Assembly: GCA_963749155.1 (NCBI GenBank) | Contig: CAVVLO010000002.1 | Span: 544,001 to 608,000 of the forward strand | Length of the DNA: 64,000 bases | Source: an uncultured Armatimonadia bacterium | GTDB taxonomy: Bacteria; Armatimonadota; Zipacnadia; CAVVLO01 | Direction: 5' to 3' | Shown: piece by piece, positions 31,428-42,746 of the stretch | Layout: the number at the start of each line of letters is the position of its first letter | Position numbering within the stretch: position 1 is the stretch's first letter | Notes under the pieces: generated by a model | Databases searched by the model: none | The model's input: the letters and a program-made list of their open reading frames with translations, nothing else | Told to the model about the DNA's origin: nothing | Made by a program: the position numbers and the translations under genes

Positions 31428-34400
31428 ATGAATAATTTGGTCGGTGGTACTGCTTGGATTGGTGCTTCTGACCTGCCGCGCGGAGGCCGGGATGACAGGC
31501 TCGCAGGCGGCAGTAGGGGACGCCTTTGTGCAGAGCAACGCCGAGGGGCAGCAATGGAGCATCGGCACAGGAGCTGTGAGCCTGACCTTCGAGGCTGGTA
31601 ATAAGGGCCTGAGGCTGACCAGCTTCCGCAATCTGCTGACTAATCCAGTTACCGAATATGTGGCGCCAGAGACGGCCTCGGCGCCGTTCGCACTCGAAAG
31701 CAAGCCAGGGCCGTGGTTGGTCGCGCCACTCTGGAATAAGGCCCTTGCTCCTGGGGAGAGCACTGACCTCTCTGGATTGCGCCGTAGAGGTAAAGGCGGG
31801 CGACCTTATCGGCTTTGCCGCGGTTGCCCAGGCCGACGATGGCTACGCCACGGTGGACTGGCCGGTAAAGGTGGCCTACGCTGAGGGCGAGGTTTTCAGT
31901 TCGACCGATGATCTGGAGCAACCCGAGGGCGGGGTATGGCGGTATTTTATCCAGGCAACTGGGACAGGCTGCCTTGATCCCCTGGGCGAAATCGTGGACG
32001 GTGGCGCGGAGGGCAAGTTCCGCGTACCTTCGGGCTACAGGGCGCCCTTCGAATGCCCCCGGCTGGGCGCAAGGACTTACTTGTTGCTCAACGCTTATAC
32101 CCTTGTGCGCGCCTGGCAGGCCCCCCGGGCCGGCACGGTGATTCTCTCAGGCCTCGCCCACCATACCGGCGGCGGGGTGCCAGTGGACATCAGTCTGGTA
32201 AAGCTGGACGAGGCGCCCAGTCGCGCAGTCGAATCGATGACGGCCTGGCAGGTTGAAGACGCCACAGCGCGCCAGGTAGCGGTAGGGGGTCGACCGGCCG
32301 TAGAGCTTGAATTTACGCTCAGCGCTGGCGCCTTGCGCGCCAGGTTGCGAATTCAAGCTTATCCGGGTACCTCGGTGCTGAGGCAGAGGCTTGAACTGGA
32401 AAACACAGGCTCCAGAGAGCGCCCTCTCGACTCTCCCGCCTTGTTCGCGCTGCCACTCGGTCTGGAACCGGCAGCCTCTTACACCCACTACTGGCTGTGT
32501 GGCGGAACCAGTCGGCCTAATCAGGGGCAGTTGCGCCAGGCATCGGTAAGCCAAAATTACCATCAGGCAGTGCTGGGCGAGAAGACTGACAACTTCGTGC
32601 CCTGGACGGCGCTGCTGAGGTCGGAAAGCGAGCAGGATGGCCTCTTCGTCGCGCTGGATTATCTCGGCACCTGGAATATCAGCCTTGATAAGGAGCCTGG
32701 TCAACCGCTGCAGCTTGGCATCAGTCTGCCACTGCTGGCAACGCGCTCTCTTGCTCCCGGTGAGAAAGCCAGCCTGCCGCCAGTCACCTTTGGCGTCTTT
32801 AGTGGCGACCTCGACGATATGGGCGCGCGCCTCTACGACTGGCAATATGAGTACCTTTGGGATTTCACCAACGCCGACTATTATGCGCGCACCAAATGGG
32901 CGGTGCCGTGGTTCTTCTGTTCTCGCAACCTGCAGGAGCAGTTCGCGGCGCGCCTTGCGCAGCTTGATGCTGACGCCGACCGGATGCGCTCACTGGGTTT
33001 TGAGATACTCTGGGACGACGCTGGCTGGTCAAAGTTCCCCGGTTGGCCGGGAGACACGTATGCCACGGTCTTCCAACCCACTCACGAGGGGCCTGACTTT
33101 AGTCGAACGCTGGATTTCCTCTCCAGGCTGGATATGCGCTGGCTGGCGTGGTTTGCTGGAAGGCCCTCGGCAGGATTGATTAATGGTAAAGTGGGCGCCT
33201 GGGGCAACTTCCAGTGGCGTACCGATGGCGTGGGGCGCTTTGGGCCTGAAACAGAGGCCGCTTTCCTCAGCCAGATTGAAAGTTTTCTGACCGACTATCC
33301 CCGCTGCTCCTTCCATACTTGCGATGGGGGCAGCCGGTTCGCGCATCAGTTCGAGGTGCAGCGCTATGCGGATGTGAACTACCTCTCCGATATGGGACGC
33401 GGCGATGAGACCAACTATTACTTTTCCTATCTTGAACTACCTGACAAATGGCTGGATTTCCTCGACCCCTTGCTTAATCCCGGCACGCGCTTCGACCCAG
33501 CCACCTCGCGCAGACAGCTTACGATGGCCCCAGGCTGGGGCATCGGGGCGGTAGAGGAAGACTTCGAATACCTGCGCCAGACCAACGACCTCTATCGCTT
33601 TCTGCGCGATGAAGGGGTCGTGGGCAGGTGGAGCTACACCTTCCACCCGAAGGTCACTGGCGATGAGGAGTGGTATTACGCCCAGCGCACCAGCCACGAC
33701 CGCACCAAAGCGCTCATCGTGCTGAAACACCAGCCACAGGGCGAGGTAACCCTGTTCCCGCGCGGCCTGCTGGAAAAACACAAGTATGTGGTAGGGCGAG
33801 ATTCCACTCAGGAGACAATCCTCAGGACAGGCGCCGACCTGATGGAACAGGGCATCACGCTTAAGGCCTCGCCCGCGGGAGAACTTATCTATCTCGGCTT
33901 GCCAAACAGACCTGGGGGAGGGGCCGACCAGACAGCTCCTACGGCCCCTGGGCGCGTACTGACTCGGCGCGAGTCCAACCTGGGCCATCAGGGCGTGGGC
34001 ATCTACTGGTCGCCAGGAACCGATGACAACTGGATTGCCGCCTACGAGATACGCCGCAACGAGCAGCAACTGACCAGGGTCAGCGTCGGCCTTTACACCT
34101 TCGACCGCACGGAGGGCTGGGATCCGGCGGCCTCGTATTCTGTGCGCGCGGTGGATGGCGATGGCAATGCCAGCGAGTGGACTGATTCCAGACCGCTTGG
34201 AGATGAGCCTTATACGGCTTCTGTTCTGGGCGGCCATTATGCGCTGGCGGGTCGAGAGGGCTGGAGCGCCGAAAGCAGCCCAGATGGCCTCCACTTTGAG
34301 CCGATGAGCTTTGTCCCACCGGCGCGCAGCCCCGCAGGCGACCTGGGTGGCACTCCCAACCAGCCGGGCGGGGTCGAGGGCTATTGGGAAGCTGGCGCAG

Positions 34401-35708
34401 CGCGCCTTGGCCGGGGCTGGCAGCAAGCTGCCGCTGACCGGCAGTGTGTCCGCTGCTGGACTGCCGCGCGCGAGGGCACCGTGCGCGTGGTCGGACGCGC
34501 AATGAAAGAAGCCTACCACCAGGACCTGGGAGGCCCGCTTCAGGCACGTATCCTTCACAATACCCAGCAGGTCTGGCCCCATAACGGTTGGGCGATGGCG
34601 CCTCTGAACGACCTCGTTGGCGCAAGCCACGATTTCACCCTCGCCGTGCAGAAGGGCGACAAGCTACGTTTCGTTCTCGCTCCGAGCGACCAGCCGGACG
34701 GCGCGCTGCTCGCCTGGATGCCGACCCTCACCTACACCGACGAGCCAGCCGCGACGGCCTTTGGTAGCGTGGTGCGCATCGCCTGCGGTCGCAAGCAGCC
34801 CTTCACCGACAGCCTGGGCAACCTCTGGGAGGCGGACCGGTATTTCCACGGCGGCAAGCCGCTGCACACCGAAGCACCAATCGACGGCGCCCAACCGACA
34901 GCCGCAGACGAGGCTCTCTACCAGACTGGTCGCGAAGGGACCGACTTCACCTACACTATCCCGGTCGAACAGGGCCTCTATACTGTCCGCGCTGAAACTG
35001 GCCGAACCGGTCTACGATTGGGCCTTCGAACGTCCCTTCAACCTGACGATCAACGGGCAGCAGGTGCTGACCAGCTTCGATGTGTGGCACGGGGCAAAAG
35101 GACCGCGCAAGGCCTGTGAGCGCGTCTTCAACTGGCTTGTGCCTGATGCCGACGGCCACCTGGTGCTGCGCTTCACAGGCGCCTCGCAACCGGGCCGGCC
35201 TCTCGCGCCCGCACTCGTCCAAGCGATCGAGGTGCTTCCCGCCGTCAAACCTGTAATCCGTATCGACTGCGGCGCCGACCAGCCTTATGTGGACTGGAAC
35301 AGCTTTATATGGAGCGCCGACCCAGGGCTTGGGGGGGGCCAGAGACTAACCTCCGAGGCGCCCATCGCTCAGGCCTCGCCGACTCTCTACGACCAGCGCC
35401 TGTATCAGACCGCAAGCACGGGGCATGAGCTGGAATATGTGATCCAGGCGCCTCCAGGGTTATATGCGGTGCATCTCAAATTCGCAGAACTCTGGCTCAG
35501 CGAGCCTGGCAAGCGTCCACTACGTATCGAGGTAAATGGCCGCGTAGCGCGCGATGGCTGGGATCCCGCCACCGCTGCCGGTCAGGTGGGGATGGCCGCC
35601 GACCTCCGGATTGAAGATGTCGTGCCTGATAAGCAGGGACGTATCACAGTCCGGATTGTCGCCCTTGGGGAAACTGGCGCTCTCTTGCAGGCGATCGAAG
35701 TGAAGTAG
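31428..35708 (+). CDS. Secreted GH36-like (alpha-galactosidase-type) hydrolase with Fn3 and two C-terminal malectin domains (frameshifts at about 31438, 31770, 34990)
   Basis: LDYLGTW, LAPGEKASLP..FGVFSGDLDDM, ILWDDAGW, CDGG; Fn3 APTAPG..WSPGTDDNWIAAYEI..YSVRAVDGDGNAS; malectin RIACG..FTDSLGNLWEAD..LYQTGR and RIDCG..LYQTA..VHLKFAEL. Confidence 0.75.
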
Positions 35709-35754
35709 GAGCAAAATCAAATAAGGCCACTGGGCACGTTGAAGGAGGCTCCTT

Positions 35755-38477
35755 ATGGATTATCACTGGGGATTGTTCTGGCTCCTCACCTTGATGTTTG
35801 CTGCTGCTTCTGGCCTCGCAAGGCTCTGGTCCTGTCGCTGCCGAGACACTTTATGTGGCTCCTGATGGCAACGACACCTGGACCGGCCAACAGGCCAGAC
35901 CGAATCCGGGCCGCACCGACGGGCCGCTAGCCTCAATCGCGGGCGCAAGAGACACCCTCCGCAAGCTACAAAGCCACCACCGGCCTCAGCGCCCCTGTAA
36001 AAGTCATCATCGCAAGCGGTCAGTATGCTCTCACCGAACCTGTCGTTTTTGAGCCTCAGGACTCCGGCACTGAAGAGTGCCCCATCACTTACGCTGGCGC
36101 CGAGGGCACGCGTCCACTTATCCTGGGGGGCAAGGTAATCACCGGCTGGCGCCACCAGGAAGGTCGCTGGGTCACTCACCTGCCCCAGGTCAAAGCAGGC
36201 AACTGGTATTTCGCCGCGCTGTGGATTAATGGCGAGCGCAGGACTCGGGCGAAAAGCCCTAACGAGGGATACTTCTTAACGGCAGGCAAAGCCCCGCCGC
36301 TTATTGATCCAGCAACAGGCAAGCCCGCCTCCAGCGGCAAGGTAGCTTTCCGTTATGCGCCCGGTGACCTGACTCGTTTCACGCACCTCGAAGAGGCCGT
36401 TGTTGTGGTCTTCCAGTCCTGGGAGGTAGGCCACCAGCGAATCGCCTCGCTCGATGAGGAGACGCGCGTCGTCAGCTTCAAGCGCCCTCTCCCCTGGGAT
36501 TTCGATCACTGGGGCGGGGAGGTACGTTACTATGTCGAAAACGTGCCCGAAGCCCTCGATGCCCCTGGCGAAGGGTATCTGGAGCGCGCAACCGGCACCC
36601 TTACCTACATACCTTATCCTGGCGAAGACCTTACCAAAGCCACTGTCGTGGCTCCGGTTGCGAAGCAGTTGCTTGTCCTGGCTGGCCGGCCTGCAGAAGG
36701 CGAATTCGTTTCTCACCTGCGTTTCAAGAACCTGCGCCTGGGCTATACAGACTGGGAGGTGCCCGAAGAGGGCCATGCCGCTGGTCAGGCTGCCTGTGAC
36801 TTCCCCGGTGCGATTGAGGCTACCGGCGCCAGAAACTGTGTAGTCGAAGGCTGCGAGCTTGCACATCTGGGCACTTATGGCGTGTGGCTGCGTTCCGGCT
36901 CGCAGGACAACCTGATCACCCGGTGCGAGATTCACGACCTTGGCGCAGGGGGAGTGCGGCTTGGAGAGCAGGGCGATGCGGCAAGTGAAGACGAAGTCGT
37001 CCAGCGCAACACAGTAGACAACAACTTCATCCACGACGGAGGCAAGATTAACCCAGGGGCCGTCGGAGTCTGGATTGGTCGCACCAGCTACAACCAGGTC
37101 TCCCACAACGAGATATGCGACCTCTACTATACCGGCGTCTCGGTAGGCTGGAGCTGGGGCTATGCGCCCACGAGCGCCCATCACAACCTTATCGAATACA
37201 ACCATATCCACGATATCGGCCGCGGCGTGCTCGGAGATATGGGGGGCATCTATTGCCTGGGAGACTCGCCCGGTACGGTTGTGCGGGGCAATCTGGTGCA
37301 CGACGTCTACGACCACCATACCGGCTCGCTTGCCATCTACACGGATGAAGGCAGTACCGGAATCCTCATCGAGGGCAATATCGGTTATGGCACGACCTAT
37401 GCCAACTTCCACCAGCATTATGGCAAGGAGAATCTCGTCCGCAACAACATCTGGGCACTGGGACAGGATTACCAGCTAAGCCGCGCGCGGGAAGAAGAGC
37501 ATCTCTCCTTCACCTTCGAGCGCAATATCGTCTATTTTGACAACGGCAAGCTGCTGAAGGGCGGCTGGAGCAACGACCAGTTCGTGATGGACCACAACCT
37601 CTACTGGGACATCTCTCGCCCGGAGGGCGACCTTTCGTTCGCAGGAGCGACCTTCGCCGAGTGGCAGGCGCGCGGCCACGACACCCATTCTGTGATAAAA
37701 GACCCTCTCTTCGTAGACGCGAAAAATCACGATTTCCGCCTGAAGCCCGACTCGCCGGCTTTTGCCCTTGGTTTCGTGCCGATTGATACAGCCAAGATTG
37801 GCCTGTATGGCGATCCGGACTGGGTAGCTGCTCCGAAGCGCATCAAACGAGTTCCGTTCGTTCCCACCCCACCCGCCGCGCCGAAGCCGACGCCAGTGGA
37901 CGAAGGGTTCGAGACCTCGCTGGTCGGGATGACGCCGGAAGGCGCCTCGGTAAGTGTAGAGCAAACGGGCAGTATCCAGATCACCGACCAACTGGCAGCA
38001 ACAGGCAAACAGTGTCTGGAGTTTGCCGACGCGCCAGGACAGCAGTTCAGCTTCAATCCGCATATGTGGTATTCCCCACACTTTGAGGCAGGCCTGGCAA
38101 CTGTCAGCTTCGATGTGCGGATGCAACCAGGCGCCGTAGGTCATTTCGAGTGCCGCGAGTATTCGGGAGGCAGCTATGTTGTTGGACCCTCCGTGCGCAT
38201 CGAGGGCGATGGCAGACTGCTGTCCGAGGGCAAGGAGCTCGGTCAGGTGCCCCAGGAGCAGTGGTTCAGTTTCGCTATAAGTTGCAGTCTCGGCGATGAG
38301 GCAACCGGCAAGTGGAGGCTTCGCTACGGCCCGCTCGGGGGCGAGCTGACAGAGCTCGAGCTGACCTGCGCTCCAGCCTTCCACAAGCTGGACTGGGTCG
38401 GCTTTATCTCGGATGCCACCACTGCCACCGGCTTCCATGTGGACAATATCAGGATTGGGCTAGCTGACAAGCCCTGA
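35755..38477 (+). CDS. Secreted right-handed parallel beta-helix glycoside hydrolase (GH141-like) (frameshifts at about 35797 and 35970)
   Basis: LYVAPDGNDTWTG..DGPLASIAGARD; RYYVENVPEALDAPGE; HNEICDLYYTGVSVGWSWG; LGDMGGIYCLG; AIYTDEGS; RBS AAGGAGG. Confidence 0.8.
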
Positions 38478-38482
38478 CCTGG

Positions 38483-39616
38483 TCAAGTCCCGGCGCGGAA
38501 GCGCTCGGCCCATTTCGCTGTCAGACGCAGGTAGAGGTCTTCGTATTCCTCGCAGGGCTCTATTTGCGTGCCCTCTCCCCACTCGTTGAAGGAGCAGACC
38601 GTAACAAAACAGGGAGAAGTAGCGAGAGCGGCTTCCCACATACCCTCGTAGAGCCCGCCCAGCCCCCGGGCCATCACACGACCTGGGTGATGCCATATGC
38701 GTCCATCAAAACCTGGCGCCACTGAAGCGCTCCAGAAGCTCGCCCCATTGCGCCTGGCAAGCTCGGCCACCTGCTCCGAGGCGAGCGCGAACCCTTCGGG
38801 CGACCAGTGCTCCAGGCTGGAGTTATACTGACAGAATCCCTGAAACAGGCCAGGCTCATACAGGTCCGGATTGGTCACAGCCACCTCTCCGGCAATCAGG
38901 AAAAGGCGGTCATCGAGGCCCGCCTGCGCAAGCAGAGCCCGCACCCGCTTCCAGTCGGCAACAGTATGCTTGACCAGTGTGGCGTAGATACAAAGAGCCA
39001 GTTGCCCATCGAAATGCAGCACCCTTGGGTTGCCGTGATAGGTCCTGGCGATGTAGGCCAATTGCTCGGCGATGCGCTCCACCGAAAAGCCTTGCCAGCA
39101 GTAGGTGTCATACCAGGGGCTCACCTGCAGGGGAAGTCCTGTGCGCTCAAGCACCTCTAGCATTAGGCGCAAAGAGCGGTCATAGAGGGTCTCCTCGAGC
39201 GGCTTGTCCTTGTCGGAGTTGTCCTCGCCCACCAACTGGTAGTCCCAGAACAATCCATCCAGCCCTGCTTCCAGAGCCCAGATTGCATGCTGCTCCAGCA
39301 CTTTTGGATCCAGGCAGTCGTATAGCCCGAGCGTGGGATAGAAAGCGCTGTAATTCGACCTGCGCCCTGGCGCCAGGAACTCGTCCGGATTATGAGCCAG
39401 CTTCTCAAGCACCTCATCAGGCGGTTCGTAGGCGGGAAAGCCATACCCGGTAGACAGCCAAAGAGGTTCATTCCAGGTGAGCCAGCGGCCGGTTGGGCCC
39501 TCGGGAGTGCCATAGAAAGGATGATAATAGCCCCAAACCTGCTTTGGGATTTCCCTGGTACTGTAATCCGCCATCAGAGGCGCCTCCTGGTCTGGTAGAG
39601 CGTGTTCGGATGCCAA
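38483..39616 (-). CDS. GH99-like (endo-alpha-mannosidase family) hydrolase; alternative start 39574
   Basis: YYHPFYGTP, FYPTLGLYD, QHAIWALEAGLDG, SVAPGFD, VCSFNEWGEGTQIEP. Confidence 0.8.
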   Translation of the reverse strand: MASEHALPDQEAPLMADYSTREIPKQVWGYYHPFYGTPEGPTGRWLTWNEPLWLSTGYGFPAYEPPDEVLEKLAHNPDEFLAPGRRSNYSAFYPTLGLYDCLDPKVLEQHAIWALEAGLDGLFWDYQLVGEDNSDKDKPLEETLYDRSLRLMLEVLERTGLPLQVSPWYDTYCWQGFSVERIAEQLAYIARTYHGNPRVLHFDGQLALCIYATLVKHTVADWKRVRALLAQAGLDDRLFLIAGEVAVTNPDLYEPGLFQGFCQYNSSLEHWSPEGFALASEQVAELARRNGASFWSASVAPGFDGRIWHHPGRVMARGLGGLYEGMWEAALATSPCFVTVCSFNEWGEGTQIEPCEEYEDLYLRLTAKWAERFRAGT

Positions 39617-39622
39617 CAGTCG

Positions 39623-40663
39623 TCAGCGCGCTGCCTTCCACCGGTCAGCGTATTGCCTGGTGCTTTCGATATAGGAACGCCCATATTCACGGCTGTCTGC
39701 GATCTCGGTAGCCTCAAAGAGTTCGTTCCAGGTCTCGACCACTACGATTTTGGGGCGGTGAGTGGGAGGAAGCGCAAGTAACTTCTCCCAGTTATGGGCG
39801 TAAAACGCTCCACCTTCCCGGTCCTGTTTCCTGTTAGTGCTGGCTGTGGAGGCAAATTCATCAAAGCCTGGCCCCACGCACGCAATGCCATCCACCTGCA
39901 GGCCATACAGCGCGGCGCCCCAGCGATAGGTACTGTCGGCTGAAATTTGCCAGGAGACTTCAGCGACGATATAGGGCACGGCCCCGCCAAAGTCCTGGGC
40001 AAAGTGTTCTCTTACATAATCGAATAGCCCTGCCTCATCGGCGCCTGCCCTGGCGAGACTGGCATCGTAAAGAAATACGAGCGGCTGGCCCTCGAGGGTT
40101 GCCCGCAGCCAGGGGGGAACCTGGGAGAAAAAATCGCGGATCGTCACATAGAACCACGCCCGGCCATCCGGAGTCGAAAGGTCGACATGATGATGCGCGG
40201 CATTGTCTCTCAGGCTGGTTGTGTCGTAGAAGAGCCCAATTGCGGGGGGCTGCTTGCCCCTCGCCTTGAGTAACTCGGCTGCCTCAACCAGCGCAGTTAG
40301 TCCCTCGTAACTCCACTTCAAGGGACCGTTGAGCTGCCTATCGGCAGGATTGCCATGGTAGACAGGCAGCAGGAAGTCGAGTCCGGCCTCGAGCATATCC
40401 TCCAGTTCGCGCCTGTGCCAGTCGACGAGTTTGTAGCTGTAGCCCACAAGTTCGGCAGGATGGTCGGTCAACCGATCCTTACCCTCAGGCCCGACGACGT
40501 TCTCTCCCGAATCGGCGTCATACCAGTAAAAATAGTAGGTGCCCACAAGGGGTTCAGTCAGCGCGAAAGCAGGGCTGTCGCTGCCGAGGGGCGCTGGCCC
40601 GATGTGGGGGCCAGGCGGTGGAGCCTCAAGTAAAGCCTGCTCGCGCAAGTCTGGAATCTTCAT
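39623..40663 (-). CDS. DUF5010 / GH99-like-fold protein
   Basis: VGTYYFYWY, ELEDMLEAGLDFLLPVY, IGLFYDT, VGPGFD, VVVETWNELFEATEIADSREYG. Confidence 0.7.
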   Translation of the reverse strand: MKIPDLREQALLEAPPPGPHIGPAPLGSDSPAFALTEPLVGTYYFYWYDADSGENVVGPEGKDRLTDHPAELVGYSYKLVDWHRRELEDMLEAGLDFLLPVYHGNPADRQLNGPLKWSYEGLTALVEAAELLKARGKQPPAIGLFYDTTSLRDNAAHHHVDLSTPDGRAWFYVTIRDFFSQVPPWLRATLEGQPLVFLYDASLARAGADEAGLFDYVREHFAQDFGGAVPYIVAEVSWQISADSTYRWGAALYGLQVDGIACVGPGFDEFASTASTNRKQDREGGAFYAHNWEKLLALPPTHRPKIVVVETWNELFEATEIADSREYGRSYIESTRQYADRWKAAR

Positions 40664-40739
40664 CGCTTGTCTAGGGCCTCCTGTAAATTGGAGAGCGACC
40701 AGCAGCCTGGCAGCTTGTTATGTTTCAGCCCAGAAGCAG

Positions 40740-41747
40740 CTAGACCTCGTCCAGTCCAACCAGCCGGGCTTGCTCTCGTGACTTGTAACAGGCATCGACC
40801 AGGCGCATCACATACAGTCCATCTCGCCCTGTCACCCGAGGTTCATACTCTCCAAGTATCGCATCGATGAAATCCTTGTCCATAGAGACCGGCTCGGCCC
40901 AGGGTCCTTCCTCAAGGCGAGCTACGCGGTTGCGATCAACGACAGTTACGCCCTCTCGCAAGGTGGTATGGATTGAACCTCCTGTGGCGTTCACATCGAG
41001 GCGCACCCCAAAGCCTGCATAACCCCTGGGGAAGGCATTGTATCGCGCAGCAAAGGTCAGACTGCAGTTCGCCACCACGCCATTTTTGAATACCAGGATG
41101 ATCTCTGCGGTATCTTCTGCCTTGTTCTGAGCCTCTATCACAAGTCTTCCGCCAGCGCAGAAGACACTCGCAACCTCTCCAAACAGGTAATACAGCGTGT
41201 CGAGCATATGAGGCCCATTGTCTATAACGACGCCGCCCCCGGAGGCTTCTTTGGTGCCTTTCCAGTGGTCCGGATTATTCATCCGCGCATACTCGTCTCC
41301 GATGAAACACGACAGGCACAAGAAGGGACTGCCGATTTCCCCAGACAAGATCACCTCTCGGACTCTCGCGAGTTCCGGGACATAGCGGAAGTTTTCCGCC
41401 ACGAACAAACGAACCCCCGCCCGGTCAGCTGCCTGGACCATCTCATTGGCCTGGGCCGCGTCGAGTGCAAGCGGTTTTTCGGCAATTACGTGCTTGCCCA
41501 AGGCGATTGCCTCAAGGGCCATCTCATGGTGCAGGTAATTGGGCGTGCAGAGATAAAGCAGGTCGCTCTCCCCAAGTAGCTTCCGGTAGTCGTCCAGCAC
41601 CGGCAAGCCATAGGTAGAGACGATCTTTCTTCTTATCTCCGGGTTTGGATCAGCCACGCCTGTCACCTTTACTCTCTGATCGGACAGTAGAGAGGTCAAG
41701 TGACCGTCACTAACCACGCCTCCGCCTGCAAAACCGACTCTAATCAT
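40740..41747 (-). CDS. Gfo/Idh/MocA-family NAD(P)-dependent oxidoreductase
   Basis: VGFAGGG, CTPNYLH, GKHVIAEKP, GGGVVIDNGPHMLD; RBS GGAGGAG before ATG 41747. Confidence 0.92.
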   Translation of the reverse strand: MIRVGFAGGGVVSDGHLTSLLSDQRVKVTGVADPNPEIRRKIVSTYGLPVLDDYRKLLGESDLLYLCTPNYLHHEMALEAIALGKHVIAEKPLALDAAQANEMVQAADRAGVRLFVAENFRYVPELARVREVILSGEIGSPFLCLSCFIGDEYARMNNPDHWKGTKEASGGGVVIDNGPHMLDTLYYLFGEVASVFCAGGRLVIEAQNKAEDTAEIILVFKNGVVANCSLTFAARYNAFPRGYAGFGVRLDVNATGGSIHTTLREGVTVVDRNRVARLEEGPWAEPVSMDKDFIDAILGEYEPRVTGRDGLYVMRLVDACYKSREQARLVGLDEV

Positions 41748-41792
41748 CTGCTCCTCCAGCACCAATCGTTGTGCTAGCTGCAACCTTGCAAG

Positions 41793-42669
41793 CTAGATCA
41801 AGGCCTTGTAGCTCTTGAGGCTTAACCTGGCCGCCTCCAGGGCATCGCCCTTTAGCACCTCGCCCATATACTTGAAGGACTCGAACTCGAGCGAGAGCCA
41901 GCCTGAATAATCCAGTTCGTCAAGCGTCGCAAAGAAGCTCTGCCAGTTGATGCCCCCCTCGCCCAGGAGCGGAAACAGGAAGTCCTCTCCAAGGATCCCC
42001 GGCCGGCCAAGGGCATCCTTCACGTGGATATGCTTAATCCTGGTATGAAGGCTGCGCATCGCGAAGGTCAGGTCATTCCTGTGCAGCAGGTAGTGAGAGG
42101 GATCGAAGGTCAGGCCCAGGCTGGGGCTGTCGAGTCTGCGCAAGAGTTCGAGGGTGGAATAATAGTCATGCACAAGGGAGCCTACAATCGCCTCGAGGGC
42201 GATAACAACGCCTTCTGCCTCAGCGACTTCCAGTACTTTTTCGAGAGTCGTCGTGAGGGTGTCCCAGGATTTTTGCCAGTCCGGCTCGCTCTGCTTCCAC
42301 CACGCGGCATCCGGCGCTCCTTTGGGGATTACGCTGCCGGAAGCGGTGTTGACAATACCGATTCCCGCTGCTGCGGAGGCCCGAACGAAATTGCCCAGTT
42401 CAGTGGCGACCCGGTCTTGTTGTTCGAAATCGGTGAGATTGCGCAGGATGACGAAGTCCGTTACCGCCAGTCCGGACTCACTGAGTTGCTTCGACCGCCA
42501 TCCTGAGCAGCTTGCAAGCCTCATCGCCTGTTCCAAAACAGGTTTCTTTCCATTCCACCCCGCGATATCCAAGCGCAGCCAGTTCATCAGCTACCCGGCT
42601 TACCTCAGCCCTGGTCCGCAGACCATCCCACCAGAACGCATTGAAAGCTACTCGGGTCTTGTCGAGCAT
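41793..42669 (-). CDS. Sugar phosphate isomerase/epimerase (xylose-isomerase-like TIM barrel, IolE-like) (frameshift near 42490)
   Basis: ORF 42478..42669 (LGYRGVEW) plus 41793..42587 (IALEA, FDPSH, HIHVKD, LGEGGINW, YSGWLSLEFE). Confidence 0.85.
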
Positions 42670-42746
42670 CCCTGACCAACCCTCCCAACCCTAGGAAAAC
42701 GTCTTCTCTGAAATCAGACGCTGTCAGTATGCGGCGTCGTCTGGAT

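Noticed and set aside
42714..42746. Intergenic hairpin between the GH89 and isomerase genes as a terminator
   Set aside because: Imperfect stem with no convincing U-tract; the genes look co-transcribed
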